Assembly: GCA_043228905.1 (NCBI GenBank) | Contig: JBHGNT010000049.1 | Span: forward strand, 62,001-126,000 | Direction: 5' to 3' | Origin: Azolla caroliniana | Lineage: Eukaryota; Plantae; Polypodiophyta | Length of the DNA: 64,000 nt | In this document: positions 48,110 through 59,343 of the stretch, piece by piece | Position numbering within the stretch: the first letter of the stretch is position 1 | Layout: the number at the start of each line of letters is the position of its first letter | Translations under genes and position numbers: made by a program | Notes under the pieces: model-generated | What the model was told of the DNA's origin: nothing | The model's database searches: none | The model's input: the letters and a program-made list of their open reading frames with translations, nothing else

Positions 48110-51100
48110 AACGACCTACAAACAGTCATACGCAGTTACAGAGAAGAAACGAATGCTTCTTGATCTTCCGCAAAGACGACCTTCATCTCCAACATCTGGT
48201 ATCAGAGCGAGGTTCGGCCGTCATCACCGACTGCACAACATTCAGTTCTTCACTTCATCACGGCCTGCACAGTATTCGCGTCATTCGAAGAAAGAGAGAA
48301 GAAGAAGAAAAACCAGGTTTGCATCTCATCGCGTTAGATCATTCTTGCTTGGAGTAAGCCAACAGGTTGTACTCTGTCCTCCGAGATCGTAACCGCTTGA
48401 GGTGAAATTCCCCTTGTGAAACATTGACACGATCGTGCTCCACTCGGTTAAACGGCATCCGAAGAGGTCATCAATCGCCGCTCGTTGTAACCACTCGGTG
48501 CAGATCGGTCTTAAGACAACAACCCCAAATTCGTGCTTCTTCTGGCTGATCGACATTCGAAAAGATCAGTTGGATCCATCCCTCTCGTCGTTGCAGCCAC
48601 CCGAAGCAGAATCGGTCCAAATAATCGGTTTTAATAATCGGTATTCGGCATATAATCCGAAGCGAACCGGACTCACTCCGACTCGGTAACATTCGGGAAG
48701 ACCAGTCGGTTCTGTCCCTCCAGCTACCGGAGTCAATTTGAGCAAGTTCAACAAGAAGCCGAACCGACTCGGGTTCAAATCCGACTAGAACGATATCGGG
48801 TGAGCCAACCGGCTGCACTCCAACAAGGTTCGTAGTCAACTTCGAACCGAGCTCAGTCAACCGAAACCGAATTTGATGGCATCAACATCCGGCTCGTCAG
48901 AAATGAGTCTACGCAAGTTCGATGGATCGAACTTCAACTTCTGGAAGGAACAAATGCAGGACTATCTCATAGTCAAGGGGCAAATCGATCCCATCGAAAA
49001 TGAAGAACCTCCAGAAGGATACAAACCAATTGAGTGGCAGAAGCTGGACAGAATCGTCCGCGCCACGATTCGGATGCACCTATCGGAATCGGTATACTTT
49101 ACGGTGCAATCGTGTACGACAGCATTCGAACTGTGGAAAACACTGTCGGACACTTACGAAAAGAAGGTCGCCGCAACGAAGATGTTTCTGATCCGGCGCC
49201 TCTACAACTTGCGGATGAAAGAATCCGATTCGGTTCAAGCACACCTCAATGAGTACGAAAGCATAAGCTCCCAAATCTCGTCACAGGGAACGGCAATCGA
49301 GGATGAACTCAGAGCAATGATACTCATGAGCAGCCTTCCCTCATCATGGGAAACTTTCGTCACAACCGTGTGCAACGCGTCAACCACGGCTGTTAAATAC
49401 TCCGAAGTCACGAGCGCAATCCTGACCGAAGCAGCTCGGAGAAAGTCTTTCGCCAAAGACTCAACAGACGACGCTTACGTAGTACAAGGTTCGACAGACC
49501 GATCGAACATACGAGGAAGAGATTCCTCACGACCGCCGAACAATCAGCGAAGACGGAGCCAGTCACGGGACAACCGAATCTGCAACTATTGCAAGAAACC
49601 CGGACACATCAAAGCCGACTGCCGCGCACTCAAGAACAAGAACAACAAGAAGAGCGGCCGGCATGAGGAGATCAATTACGTCAGCTTCTCAGCTGATGTG
49701 CTACCGGACGACCCGAACATACTATCAATCGAAAATCCAGTCGGCTCAGAAGTTCTGCTCACGACTGAAGAATCGAGCACATGGCTCTTGGATTCGGGCG
49801 CGTCATTTCATGTGACTCCTCATCGGTCCCAATTTCGGCAATATACGATCCGTCACTCCGACTCAGTTCGGGTCGGCAACTCACAACACTGTGACATCAT
49901 CGGAATCGGCACAGTAGAGCTCAACCTTGCAGGTGGCTCTACACTTGTACTCCACAATGTCCGACATGTACCCGAGCTCTCAAGGCCATTGATCTCAGTC
50001 GGACAACTAGATGAAGACGGCATTCGTGCCGGTTTTTCTTCGGGAGGGTGGACACTCCACAGGGGGAACCTCCTGCTTGCTAGAGGACCCAAGATACACT
50101 CACTGTATCCGTTACATGTTACGCTCAGAGAGGGTAACCTGTTTTTGGTGGACATTCCTGTGTCATCACTATGGCACCGAAGATTAGGACACCTCAGCAA
50201 GGCCGGCATCACGCACCTATCTAGAGCCGGATACATCCCCAAACTCTCCTTCTCGGACCATCAATTCTGCGAGCATTGTCAGTATGGCAAACAAGCAGCC
50301 ACATCACACCCGACATCAGCACCAAGAGAAACAAGACCTCTCGATTTAGTCCATTCGGACGTCTGTGGCCCAATGCCGCATCAGTCTCTAGGCGGTGCAT
50401 CTTACTTCGTCACTTTTATTGACGATTCGACTCGAAAGGTGTGGGCTTATCCAATTCGCACCAAAGACCGTGTCTTCTCGATCTTCTCCGATTGGCTCGC
50501 TATGGTAGAAAATCAAACTGACCGAAAGCTGAAATGCCTTCGGACCGACAATGGGGGAGAGTTTAAATCAGAAGAGTTCGTCAAATTCTGCCGACAACGC
50601 GGCATCCGACGCGAACTTACGGCACCACACAGTCCGGAGCAAAACGGGATCGCAGAGCGAATGAATCGGACAATCCAAGAACGGATAGTTTCCATGCTCC
50701 AACACTCCGGACTGTCGGATGGCTTCTGGGCAGAGGCTCTACTCACGGCAGTACACATAATCAACATGTCGCCAAGTAGACCTCTAGGACTTCAAATTCC
50801 TCAGGAACTATGGATCGGCAGTAAGCCGAATTACGACAAGCTGAGGATCTTCGGATGCGAGGCGTACGCCCTCATTCCGAAAGATGATCGCCGAAAACTT
50901 GCACCTCGGTCCAGGAAATGCATTTTCCTTGGATATGGATCAGACGGCGAAATGGGATACCGACTCTGGGACCCCGAACGCAGACAAATCGTTCGAAGTT
51001 CGGACGTTGTGTTCAACGAGTCGGCTATGAACCCATCAGTCGAAAAATCGATCGAAGTCCGAAGGGTAACATTTTCCGATGTGCCGACCCTTCAAGAAGG

Positions 51101-53252
51101 CCCTGCTCTCAACACACGGTCAGCTTCACGGGTAGCTGAACCTTACACCACCGACTCGGACAACTCCGACTCGGCACAGCAGAACAATCCGCTTTCGGAC
51201 CATCCGACCTCGATACCCGATGCGACCGGTACAATCATACCTCGACGATCCGAGAGACTGTCGCAACCTCCGGAGAGGTACTCTCCTGGAATTTTCTTCA
51301 CCGACGCCGGCGAACCAACGTCTTACGCAGAAGCATCGACATCTGTCGATTCCGCCACCTGGCATCTGGCGATGGAGTCGGAAATGCACTCCATCCGGGC
51401 AAACAAGACTTGGGATCTGGTCGAATTACCCAGGAACCGACGTGCTCTTCCTTGCAAGTGGGTTTATCGACTAAAAGAGACGCCTGACTCGGCCACCCCA
51501 AAGTACAAGGCCAGATTAGTTGCGAAGGGCTTCCGACAAGAATATGGCGTCGACTTCGACGAGATTTTTTCACCAGTGGTGAAAATGACAACCCTTCGTT
51601 TTCTGCTCGGCGTAGTGGCAGCCGACAACTTGGAGCTGATTCAGCTAGATGTCAAAACAGCATTCCTCCATGGTGATCTCGAGGAAGAAATTTACATGGA
51701 GCAGCCAAAAGGCTTCGTGGCACCTGGCCAAGAACATCTAGTCTGCCGACTCAGGAAGAGTCTATACGGCCTCAAACAGGCACCGCGACAATGGTACAAG
51801 AAGTTCGACGACTTCATCCAATCGATCGGCTTCTTAAAAAGCGATGAGGACCATTGTCTCTTCACCAACACAGCTCAAGATGGTTCACCCATCTTCCTCA
51901 TCATCTACGTGGACGACATGCTACTTTCTGGACGCCACGCGGGCGAACTTGCCGATCTCGTTCGGCAACTGCGGTTGAAGTTTGCAATGAAGGACCTCGG
52001 TCCGGCACGACACATACTCGGCATGAAGATTAGTCGGCATCGCGATAAACGACATCTTTTTTTGTCTCAGACCGACTACATCGGACGTGTCTTAGAACGC
52101 TTCAACATGCAATCAGCCAAATCTGCTTCAACCCCGCTCCCCATGAATCTTCGGCTCTCTCAGCGAGACTGTCCGACATCCGGCCCGGAGGGGGAAGATA
52201 TGAAGTCGGTACCGTATGCACCGGCAGTCGGCTCCCTTATGTACCTGATGGTCGCGACACGGCCTGATATTTCTCATGCCGTAGGAGTCGTTAGCAGATT
52301 TATGCACAACCCTGGCCGATCGCATTGGAACGCAGTCAAGCATGTGTTCAGATATCTGGCTGGCACAAAAGACCACGGCATTCTTTTCGGTCCGAACCGA
52401 ACCTCAGGCGTAGTCGGTTACACCGACTCGGACTTCGCCGGCTGTATAGACAGTCGGAAATCAACAACCGGATACTGCTTCAAGTTCGGCAATGGAGCAA
52501 TCTCGTGGAAGTCGAAACTTCAAGAGTGCACAGCGACCTCAACGACCGAAGCAGAATATGTAGCTGCGTCCGACGCAGCAAAAGAAGCTTTGTGGCTCGG
52601 TCGGCTGGCGCACACGTTTCGACAAGTCAACCATGACTCGGCTCCAGTTGTCTACAGCGACAGTCAAGGTGCTGTTGCCCTGTCGAAAAATCCGGTTCAC
52701 CACAACGCCTCCAAGCATATCGACGTTCGATATCACTTCGTTCGGGACTGCGTCATTTCAGGGAAAATCGGTCTAGAGAAAATATCCACAACCGACAATG
52801 TCGCAGATGGAATGACCAAGTGTCTTTCGGCAGACCGCTTTCGGTCTCTTCGGCATCAGATGGGCGTAACGACAAACCAGTCCGGTTAGAGCCGGACACA
52901 GCGCAGGATGGTTCTCGACAACCGACATCAGTTCCTTAATGATCGGCTTCAACTGTTCCGACCCGACCAGTTCGGTCTTCTGCCTTCGGACCCTGCCGAC
53001 TCGAACAAAGCTGATATGTCCGAGAACCTAAGTCTATACCTGTAATCTTAGATAACCCATGTATACGCCCATTACGGGGGAGTGTCGAATACATGTGTAT
53101 AATGGACGTATTCACACTATCCCGTTTTGTCCATTTATGTAATTAGCATAAAGGGCAGTTGCCCTAAGTCGGTCCCTATATATAGTGACCTTGTAACCTC
53201 TTTGTGGGGTTGGCTTGTTGTATTCTTGTTTATGAAATAAAGACTCTTTTGT

Positions 53253-53286
<34 letters not shown>

Positions 53287-53371
53287 AACGACCTACAAAC
53301 AGTCATACGCAGTTACAGAGAAGAAACGAATGCTTCTTGATCTTCCGCAAAGACGACCTTCATCTCCAACA
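47906..53371 (+). mobile_element. Intact Ty1/copia element B1 (Tnt1/Tork-like), very recent
   Basis: 289-bp LTRs 47906-48194 and 53083-53371 with no visible difference; TSD CTTCT; Met PBS TGGTATCAGAGC 48197-48208; PPT before 53083. Confidence 0.97.
48876..52889 (+). CDS. copia gag-pol polyprotein (gag, CCHC knuckle, protease, integrase, RT, RNase H)
   Basis: Uninterrupted ORF with CNYCKKPGHIKADC, WLLDSGASFH, HSDVCGP/DNGGEF/ERMNRT, YVDDML and TTEAEY. Confidence 0.97.
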   Translation: MASTSGSSEMSLRKFDGSNFNFWKEQMQDYLIVKGQIDPIENEEPPEGYKPIEWQKLDRIVRATIRMHLSESVYFTVQSCTTAFELWKTLSDTYEKKVAATKMFLIRRLYNLRMKESDSVQAHLNEYESISSQISSQGTAIEDELRAMILMSSLPSSWETFVTTVCNASTTAVKYSEVTSAILTEAARRKSFAKDSTDDAYVVQGSTDRSNIRGRDSSRPPNNQRRRSQSRDNRICNYCKKPGHIKADCRALKNKNNKKSGRHEEINYVSFSADVLPDDPNILSIENPVGSEVLLTTEESSTWLLDSGASFHVTPHRSQFRQYTIRHSDSVRVGNSQHCDIIGIGTVELNLAGGSTLVLHNVRHVPELSRPLISVGQLDEDGIRAGFSSGGWTLHRGNLLLARGPKIHSLYPLHVTLREGNLFLVDIPVSSLWHRRLGHLSKAGITHLSRAGYIPKLSFSDHQFCEHCQYGKQAATSHPTSAPRETRPLDLVHSDVCGPMPHQSLGGASYFVTFIDDSTRKVWAYPIRTKDRVFSIFSDWLAMVENQTDRKLKCLRTDNGGEFKSEEFVKFCRQRGIRRELTAPHSPEQNGIAERMNRTIQERIVSMLQHSGLSDGFWAEALLTAVHIINMSPSRPLGLQIPQELWIGSKPNYDKLRIFGCEAYALIPKDDRRKLAPRSRKCIFLGYGSDGEMGYRLWDPERRQIVRSSDVVFNESAMNPSVEKSIEVRRVTFSDVPTLQEGPALNTRSASRVAEPYTTDSDNSDSAQQNNPLSDHPTSIPDATGTIIPRRSERLSQPPERYSPGIFFTDAGEPTSYAEASTSVDSATWHLAMESEMHSIRANKTWDLVELPRNRRALPCKWVYRLKETPDSATPKYKARLVAKGFRQEYGVDFDEIFSPVVKMTTLRFLLGVVAADNLELIQLDVKTAFLHGDLEEEIYMEQPKGFVAPGQEHLVCRLRKSLYGLKQAPRQWYKKFDDFIQSIGFLKSDEDHCLFTNTAQDGSPIFLIIYVDDMLLSGRHAGELADLVRQLRLKFAMKDLGPARHILGMKISRHRDKRHLFLSQTDYIGRVLERFNMQSAKSASTPLPMNLRLSQRDCPTSGPEGEDMKSVPYAPAVGSLMYLMVATRPDISHAVGVVSRFMHNPGRSHWNAVKHVFRYLAGTKDHGILFGPNRTSGVVGYTDSDFAGCIDSRKSTTGYCFKFGNGAISWKSKLQECTATSTTEAEYVAASDAAKEALWLGRLAHTFRQVNHDSAPVVYSDSQGAVALSKNPVHHNASKHIDVRYHFVRDCVISGKIGLEKISTTDNVADGMTKCLSADRFRSLRHQMGVTTNQSG

Positions 53372-53528
53372 CTTCTGATCCGACTGGATTTTCGATTGAT
53401 AGTATATTCGGGTCGTCTGGTAGCACATCAGCTGAGAAGCTGACGTAGTTGACCTCCTCATGCCGGCCACTCTTCTTGTTGTTCTTGTTCTTGAGTGCGC
53501 GGCAGTCGGCTTTGATGTGTCCGGGTTT

Positions 53529-56400
53529 CGGCATTCGTGCCGGTTTTTCTTCGGGAGGGTGGACACTCCACAGGGGGAACCTCCTGCTTGCTAGAGGACC
53601 CAAGATACACTCATTGTATCCGTTACATGTTACGCTCAGAGAGGGTAACCTGTTTTTGGTGGATATTCCTGTGTCATCACTATGGCACCGAAGATTAGGA
53701 CACCTCAGCAAGGCCGGCATCACGCACCTATCTAGAGCCGGATACATCCCCAAACTCTCCTTCTCGGACCATCAATTCTGCGAGCATTGCCAGTATGGCA
53801 AACAAGCAGCCGCGTCACACCCGACATCAGCACCAAGAGAAACAAGACCTCTTGATTTAGTCCATTCGGACGTCTGTGGCCCAATGCCGCATCAGTCTCT
53901 AGGCGGTGCCTCTTACTTCGTCACTTTTATTGACGATTCGACTCGCAAGGTGTGGGCTTATCCAATTCGCACCAAAGATCGGGTCTTCTCGATCTTCACC
54001 GATTGGCTCGCTATGGTAGAAAATCAAACCGACCGAAAGCTGAAATGCCTTCGGACAGACAATGGGGGAGAGTTCAAATCCGAAGAATTCGTCAAATTCT
54101 GCCGACAACGCGGCATCCGACGTGAATTTACGGCACCACACAGCCCGGAGCAAAACGGGATTGCCGAACGAATGAATCGGACAATCCAAGAAAGGATAGT
54201 TTCCATGCTCCAACACTCCGGACTGTCGGATGGCTTCTGGGCAGAGGCTCTACTCACGGCAGTGCACATAATCAATATGTCGCCAAGTAGACCTCTAGGA
54301 CTTCAAATTCCTCAGGAACTATGGATCGGCAGTAAGCCGAATTACGACAAGCTGAGGATCTTCGGATGCGAGGCGTACGCCCTCATTCCGAAAGATGATC
54401 GCCGAAAACTTGCACCTCGGTCCAGGAAATGCATTTTCCTTGGATATGGGTCCGACGGCGAAATGGGATACCGACTCTGGGACCCCGAACGCAGGCAAAT
54501 CGTTCGAAGTTCGGACGTTGTGTTCAACGAGTCGGCTATGAATCCACCAGTCGAAAAACCGATCGAAGTCCGAAGGGTAACATTTTCCGATGTGCCGACC
54601 CTTCAAGAAGGCCCCGCTCTCAACACACGGTCAGCTTCACGGGTAGCTGACCCTTACACTACCGACTCGGACGACTCCGACTCGGCACAGCAGAACAATT
54701 CGTTCTCGGACCATCCGACCTCGATACCCGATGCGACCAGTCCACTCATACCTCGACGATCCGAGAGACTGTCGCAACCTCCGGAGAGGTATTCTCCTGG
54801 AATTTTCTTCACCGACGCCGGCGAACCGACGTCTTACGAAGAAGCATCGACATCTGTCGATTCCGCCACCTAGCATCTGGCGATGGAGTCGGAAATGCAC
54901 TCCATTCGGGCAAACAAGACTTGGGATCTGGTCGAATTACCTAGGAACCGACGTGCTCTTCCTTGCAAGTGGGTTTATCGACTAAAAGAGACGTCTGATT
55001 CGACCACCCCAAAGTACAAGGCCAGATTAGTTGCGAAGGGCTTCCGACAAGAATATGGCGTCGACTTCGACGAGATTTTTTCACCAGTGGTGAAAATGAC
55101 AACCCTTCGTTTTCTGCTCGGCGTCGTGGCAGCCGACAACCTGGAGCTGATTCAGCTAGATGTCAAAACCGCCTTCCTCCATGGTGATCTCGAGGAAGAA
55201 ATTTATATGGAGCAGCCGAAAGGCTTCGTGGCAACTGGCCAAGAACATCTAGTCTGCCGACTCAGGAAGAGTCTATACGGCCTCAAACAGGCACCGCGAC
55301 AATGGTACAAGAAGTTCGACGACTTCATCCAATCGATCGGCTTCTCCAAAAGCGATGAAGACCATTGTCTCTTCACCAACACAGCTCAAGATGGATCACC
55401 CATCTTCCTCATCATTTACGTGGACGACATGCTACTTTCTGGACGCCACGCGGGCGAACTTGCCGATCTCGTTCGGCAACTGCGGTTGAAGTTTGCCATG
55501 AAGGACCTCGGTCCGGCACGACACATCCTTGGCATGAAAATTAGTCGGCATCGCGATAAACGACATCTTTTTTTGTCTCAGACCGACTATATCGGACGTG
55601 TCTTGGAACGCTTCAACATGCAATCCGCCAAATCTGCTTCAACCCCGCTCCCAATGAATCTTCGGCTCTCTCAGCGAGACTGCCCGACACCCGGCCCGGA
55701 GGGGGAAGATATGAAGTCGGTACCGTATGCACCGGCAGTCGGCTCCCTTATGTACCTGATGGTCGCGACACGGCCTGATATTTCTCACGCCGTAGGAGTC
55801 GTTAGCAGATTTATGCACAATCCTGGCCGATCGCATTGGAACGCAGTCAAGCATGTGTTCAGATATCTGGCTGGCACAAAAGACCATGGCATTCTTTTCG
55901 GTCCGAACCGAACCTCAGGCGTAGTTGGTTACACCGACTCGGACTTCGCCGGCTGTATAGACAGTCGGAAATCAACAACCGGATACTGCTTCAAATTCGG
56001 CAATGGAGCAATTTCGTGGAAGTCAAAACTTCAGGAGTGCACAGCGACCTCAACGACCGAAGCAGAATATGTAGCTGCGTCCGACGCAGCAAAAGAAGCT
56101 TTGTGGCTTGGTCGGCTGGCGCACACGTTTCGACAAGTCGACCATGACTCAGCTCCAGTTGTCTACAGCGACAGTCAAGGTGCTGTTGCCTTGTCGAAAA
56201 ATCCGGTTCACCACAACGCCTCCAAACATATCGACGTTCGATATCACTTCGTTCGGGACTGCGTCATTTCAGGGAAAATCGGTCTAGAGAAAATATCCAC
56301 AACCGACAATGTCGCAGATGGAATGACCAAATGTCTCTCGGCAGACCGTTTTCGGTCTCTTCGGCATCAGATGGGCGTAACGACAAACCAGTCCGGTTAG
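53529..56400 (+). pseudogene. pol: copia-B2 pol (IN-RT-RH) lacking gag, premature TAG at 54871-54873
   Basis: Near-identical to B1 from position 50018 onward. Confidence 0.92.
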
Positions 56401-56760
56401 AGCCGGACACAGAGCAGGATGGTTCCCGACAACCGACATCAGTTCCTTAATGATCGGCTTCAACTGTTCCGACCCGACCAGTTCGGTCTTCTGCCTTCGG
56501 ACCCTGCCGACTCGAACAAAGCTGATATGTCCGAGAACCTAAGTCTATACCTGTAATCTTAGATAACCCATGTATACGCCCATTACGGGGGAGTGTCGAA
56601 TACATGTGTATAATGGACGTATTCACACTATCCCGTTTTGGCCATTTATGTAATTAGCATAAAGGGTAGTTGCCCTAAGTCAGTCACTATATATAGTGAC
56701 CTTGTAACCTCTTTGTGAGGTTGGATGTTGTATTGTTGCTTTGTGAAATAAAGAGTCTTT

Positions 56761-56798
<38 letters not shown>

Positions 56799-56884
56799 CA
56801 ACGGCCTACATTCTGTCATACTCAGAGAATAAACAGGAAACGAGTGCTTCTTGATCTTCCGCACTGACGACACTGCTTCCAACA

Positions 56885-58847
56885 CTTCTCCTCCAGCATT
56901 GTCCTTGCCGCTTCGACGAGTGTCCGGTTCTTTCTTTCGGCCACACCGTTTTGCTCCGGTGTGTACCTGCAGCTGAACTCTCGCTGAATTCCCTTCTGCT
57001 ATAGATAACTAGTGAATTGGCCGGAAAAATATTCCTTTCCGCCATCCGACCGAAGGCATTTGATCTTCCTCTCCGATTCCCGTTCCACCATCTTCTGGAG
57101 GCTCCGGAAACAGTCGAAGACTTCGCTCTTCCGCTCAATGAGGTAGATCCAAGTATGTCGAGTATAGTCGTCGATGAAGGAGACGAAGTATCGGCTCCCG
57201 CCAAGGCTTACACTTTGTGCCGGTCCCCACAGATCCGAATGGATGAGATCGAGCTTGTTATGGCTCCAGTTCCGTTCGGTGGGGAATGGAAGCCGGTGTT
57301 GCTTCCCAAGTTGGCAGGCTTCACAAATTTCAGCTCTCCGGCCGCTGAACTTCGGCAAACCGAAAACGACTTGTTTCGTTTGCAGGTCTTGAAGCCTCCG
57401 GTAGTTGACATGGCCTATCCGCTTGTGCCATAGGTCGATGTCCGACTCGACCTTCTATCGTTTCGCGAACAGAGCGGTGCCAATGTTAGTGGTGTTGAGG
57501 ATAAACATCCTCCCATCTCTACGGCCTTGCGCAATGACTTCGCCCTCATCCTCAATGAAGCACCCGAGGTGCGTAAACCGCACCTGCATCCCCTGGTCGA
57601 CAATCTGACCGACGGACACCAGGTTCTTCGTGATCGTGGGAACGTGTAATACGTTCATCAGCTTCCCTTTCTGTCCGACGTGGCTTAGAGGGACTTCTCC
57701 GACGTGCACGATTGGGTGAGGAGTGTCGTCTCCGGTTTCGACTACTCCTGGTTGATCCGGTTTCTCCAGAAAGGAGAACCACTCTTTGTGGCTCGTCATG
57801 TGGTTCGACGCGCCGGAATCAACATACCACACTTCCTCCGTTTTGGAAGTGGTCTTCTTCATTGAGTTTGCCTTGTGATTCATCACCAAGGCTGGCCCCT
57901 TACCGGCCTTTCCGGTTCCGGATCCTCCTGATCCGTTTGCGTAGTGCGAGTTTTGCCAGCCATCCTTACCGGTCTTGCCGGATCCGGATTTGTCCGAATC
58001 GGCACGCTTTCTCCAGCACTCGCTTTCCCTGTGGCCTTTTTTGCCACAGTACCAGCATTCCGTAGCGGATTTGTCTTGCCGGCCTCCGGCACCGCCTTGA
58101 CTCCCCCTGCTTGTGGAAGTCCCGGAACTGCTGTCGGCACACTCATAGTGCCTCCGTTCCTGCTCTTGCCGGCCGCCTCCATTGCGTGCCGACCCACCTC
58201 TTCCACCACGCCCACAGTGCCGATCCGTTCCCGTGTACAACATTCGGTTGTCCGGGGATGCACTAGTAGATGCACCGGCGTGGTTCTCCTCTACAAGGAG
58301 CATCGACTGTAAGTCAAAGAATGAGGGGGTATTCTCCCTTGTACACACCGCAGTCCGGAATGCTCCGAACTTGGACGCCAGGCCTCCGAGACATACCTGC
58401 ACCATCTCGTCTTCCTCTACGGTAACATTGATAGAGGCAAGCGAGTCGCAGATTTCCTTTATCCGGCCCGTGTAGTCTGCCACAGACATGTTCTTCTGTT
58501 GAACATTGCTCAACTCCTGTCTGAGTTGCAGCTTCCGGGCAATGGTGCTTGCGGCGAAAACCTTTTTCAGGTTCCCCCAAGCATCCTTTGGTGTCTTGGC
58601 GTCACGGATGTGGCTGAGCAGCTGATCGCCGACACTGGACGCAAAGCAGTACATCACCCTGCTTGCCGCTTGTTCCCATACCGGGAAGTCCTTGTGTGTC
58701 GAGTCGGGCGCTGCATCATTCGCTCCTTCGACATAACTCCAGTACCCGTGTCCAAGCAGGTACTGGTGCATCTTGTAAGACCGGGATGCGTAGTTGCTCC
58801 TGTCGAGCTTCTCCATCGGGAGCGACGTAGCCATGCCTCTATCCATG
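56885..58847 (-). pseudogene. gag: copia-A gag-protease-integrase 5' part
   Basis: EKLDRSNY, CWYCGKKGHRESEC, WYVDSGASNHM, HSDLWGP; broken near 57455 and 57000. Confidence 0.92.
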
Positions 58848-59343
58848 TCTTCTACTGTGTCTGTTTTCGACTTGTTAGGGTTTTCTTCACAAGAGTAAAT
58901 GTCTGCAGCAGAGGTTCTCAACCCTTGTGCTCTGATACCATGTAAACGTAAGTGTTTGCGGAAGCGTAAAACAGAGAACAACAAAGAGAGACAGAGAGGG
59001 AGAGACAGAGAGAGCAGAACGTAATTTCAAAATTATATTAAGACTCTGTACACACACTGTGCTAAGTAGCACTGTTTATACAAGTCCTCTTGGGACTGAC
59101 AGAAGTACCATGTACTTCAATGCTCACACAAGCATCTGACACTTACTACGAGACTATAGCTACCTAGTAGTCTATCCTATACTAGGCTTCCGATTGGACT
59201 TCCGGTTACGGATTGCACCCGGCCTCCACTGCTTGCCGGTTCGGTTGCTCACCGTTATACCAATCCGTTTCGCCCGATCCGTCTCGATTACCGGCTCCGG
59301 CTTATTCAGCCGATCCGGCTTCGGTTGAGCTTGCCGCTCAACA

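Larger units (their letters stand above)
47309..56884 (+). mobile_element. Rearranged copia element B2 (35-bp 5' LTR stub, inverted duplication, 3' pol, 3' LTR 56594-56884)
   Basis: TSD CTTCT at 47304-47308 and 56885-56889; removing it restores copia-A MLEEKSMP. Confidence 0.9.
43732..59343 (-). mobile_element. Ty1/copia element A, defective, host to the copia-B insertions
   Basis: 403-bp LTRs 43732-44134 and 58941-59343 (about 12 differences); TSD ATGTA; Met PBS 58929-58940; PPT 44135-44146. Confidence 0.95.

Noticed and set aside
53449-54873. 474-aa ORF as a novel gene with a hydrophobic N-terminus
   Set aside because: It is a chimera across the inversion junction: antisense gag sequence fused to integrase, with no ATG start.
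57455-58984. Full 509-aa ORF start in the ORF track
   Set aside because: The first codons run through the LTR and PBS; gag most likely starts at the ATG near 58847 or just downstream.
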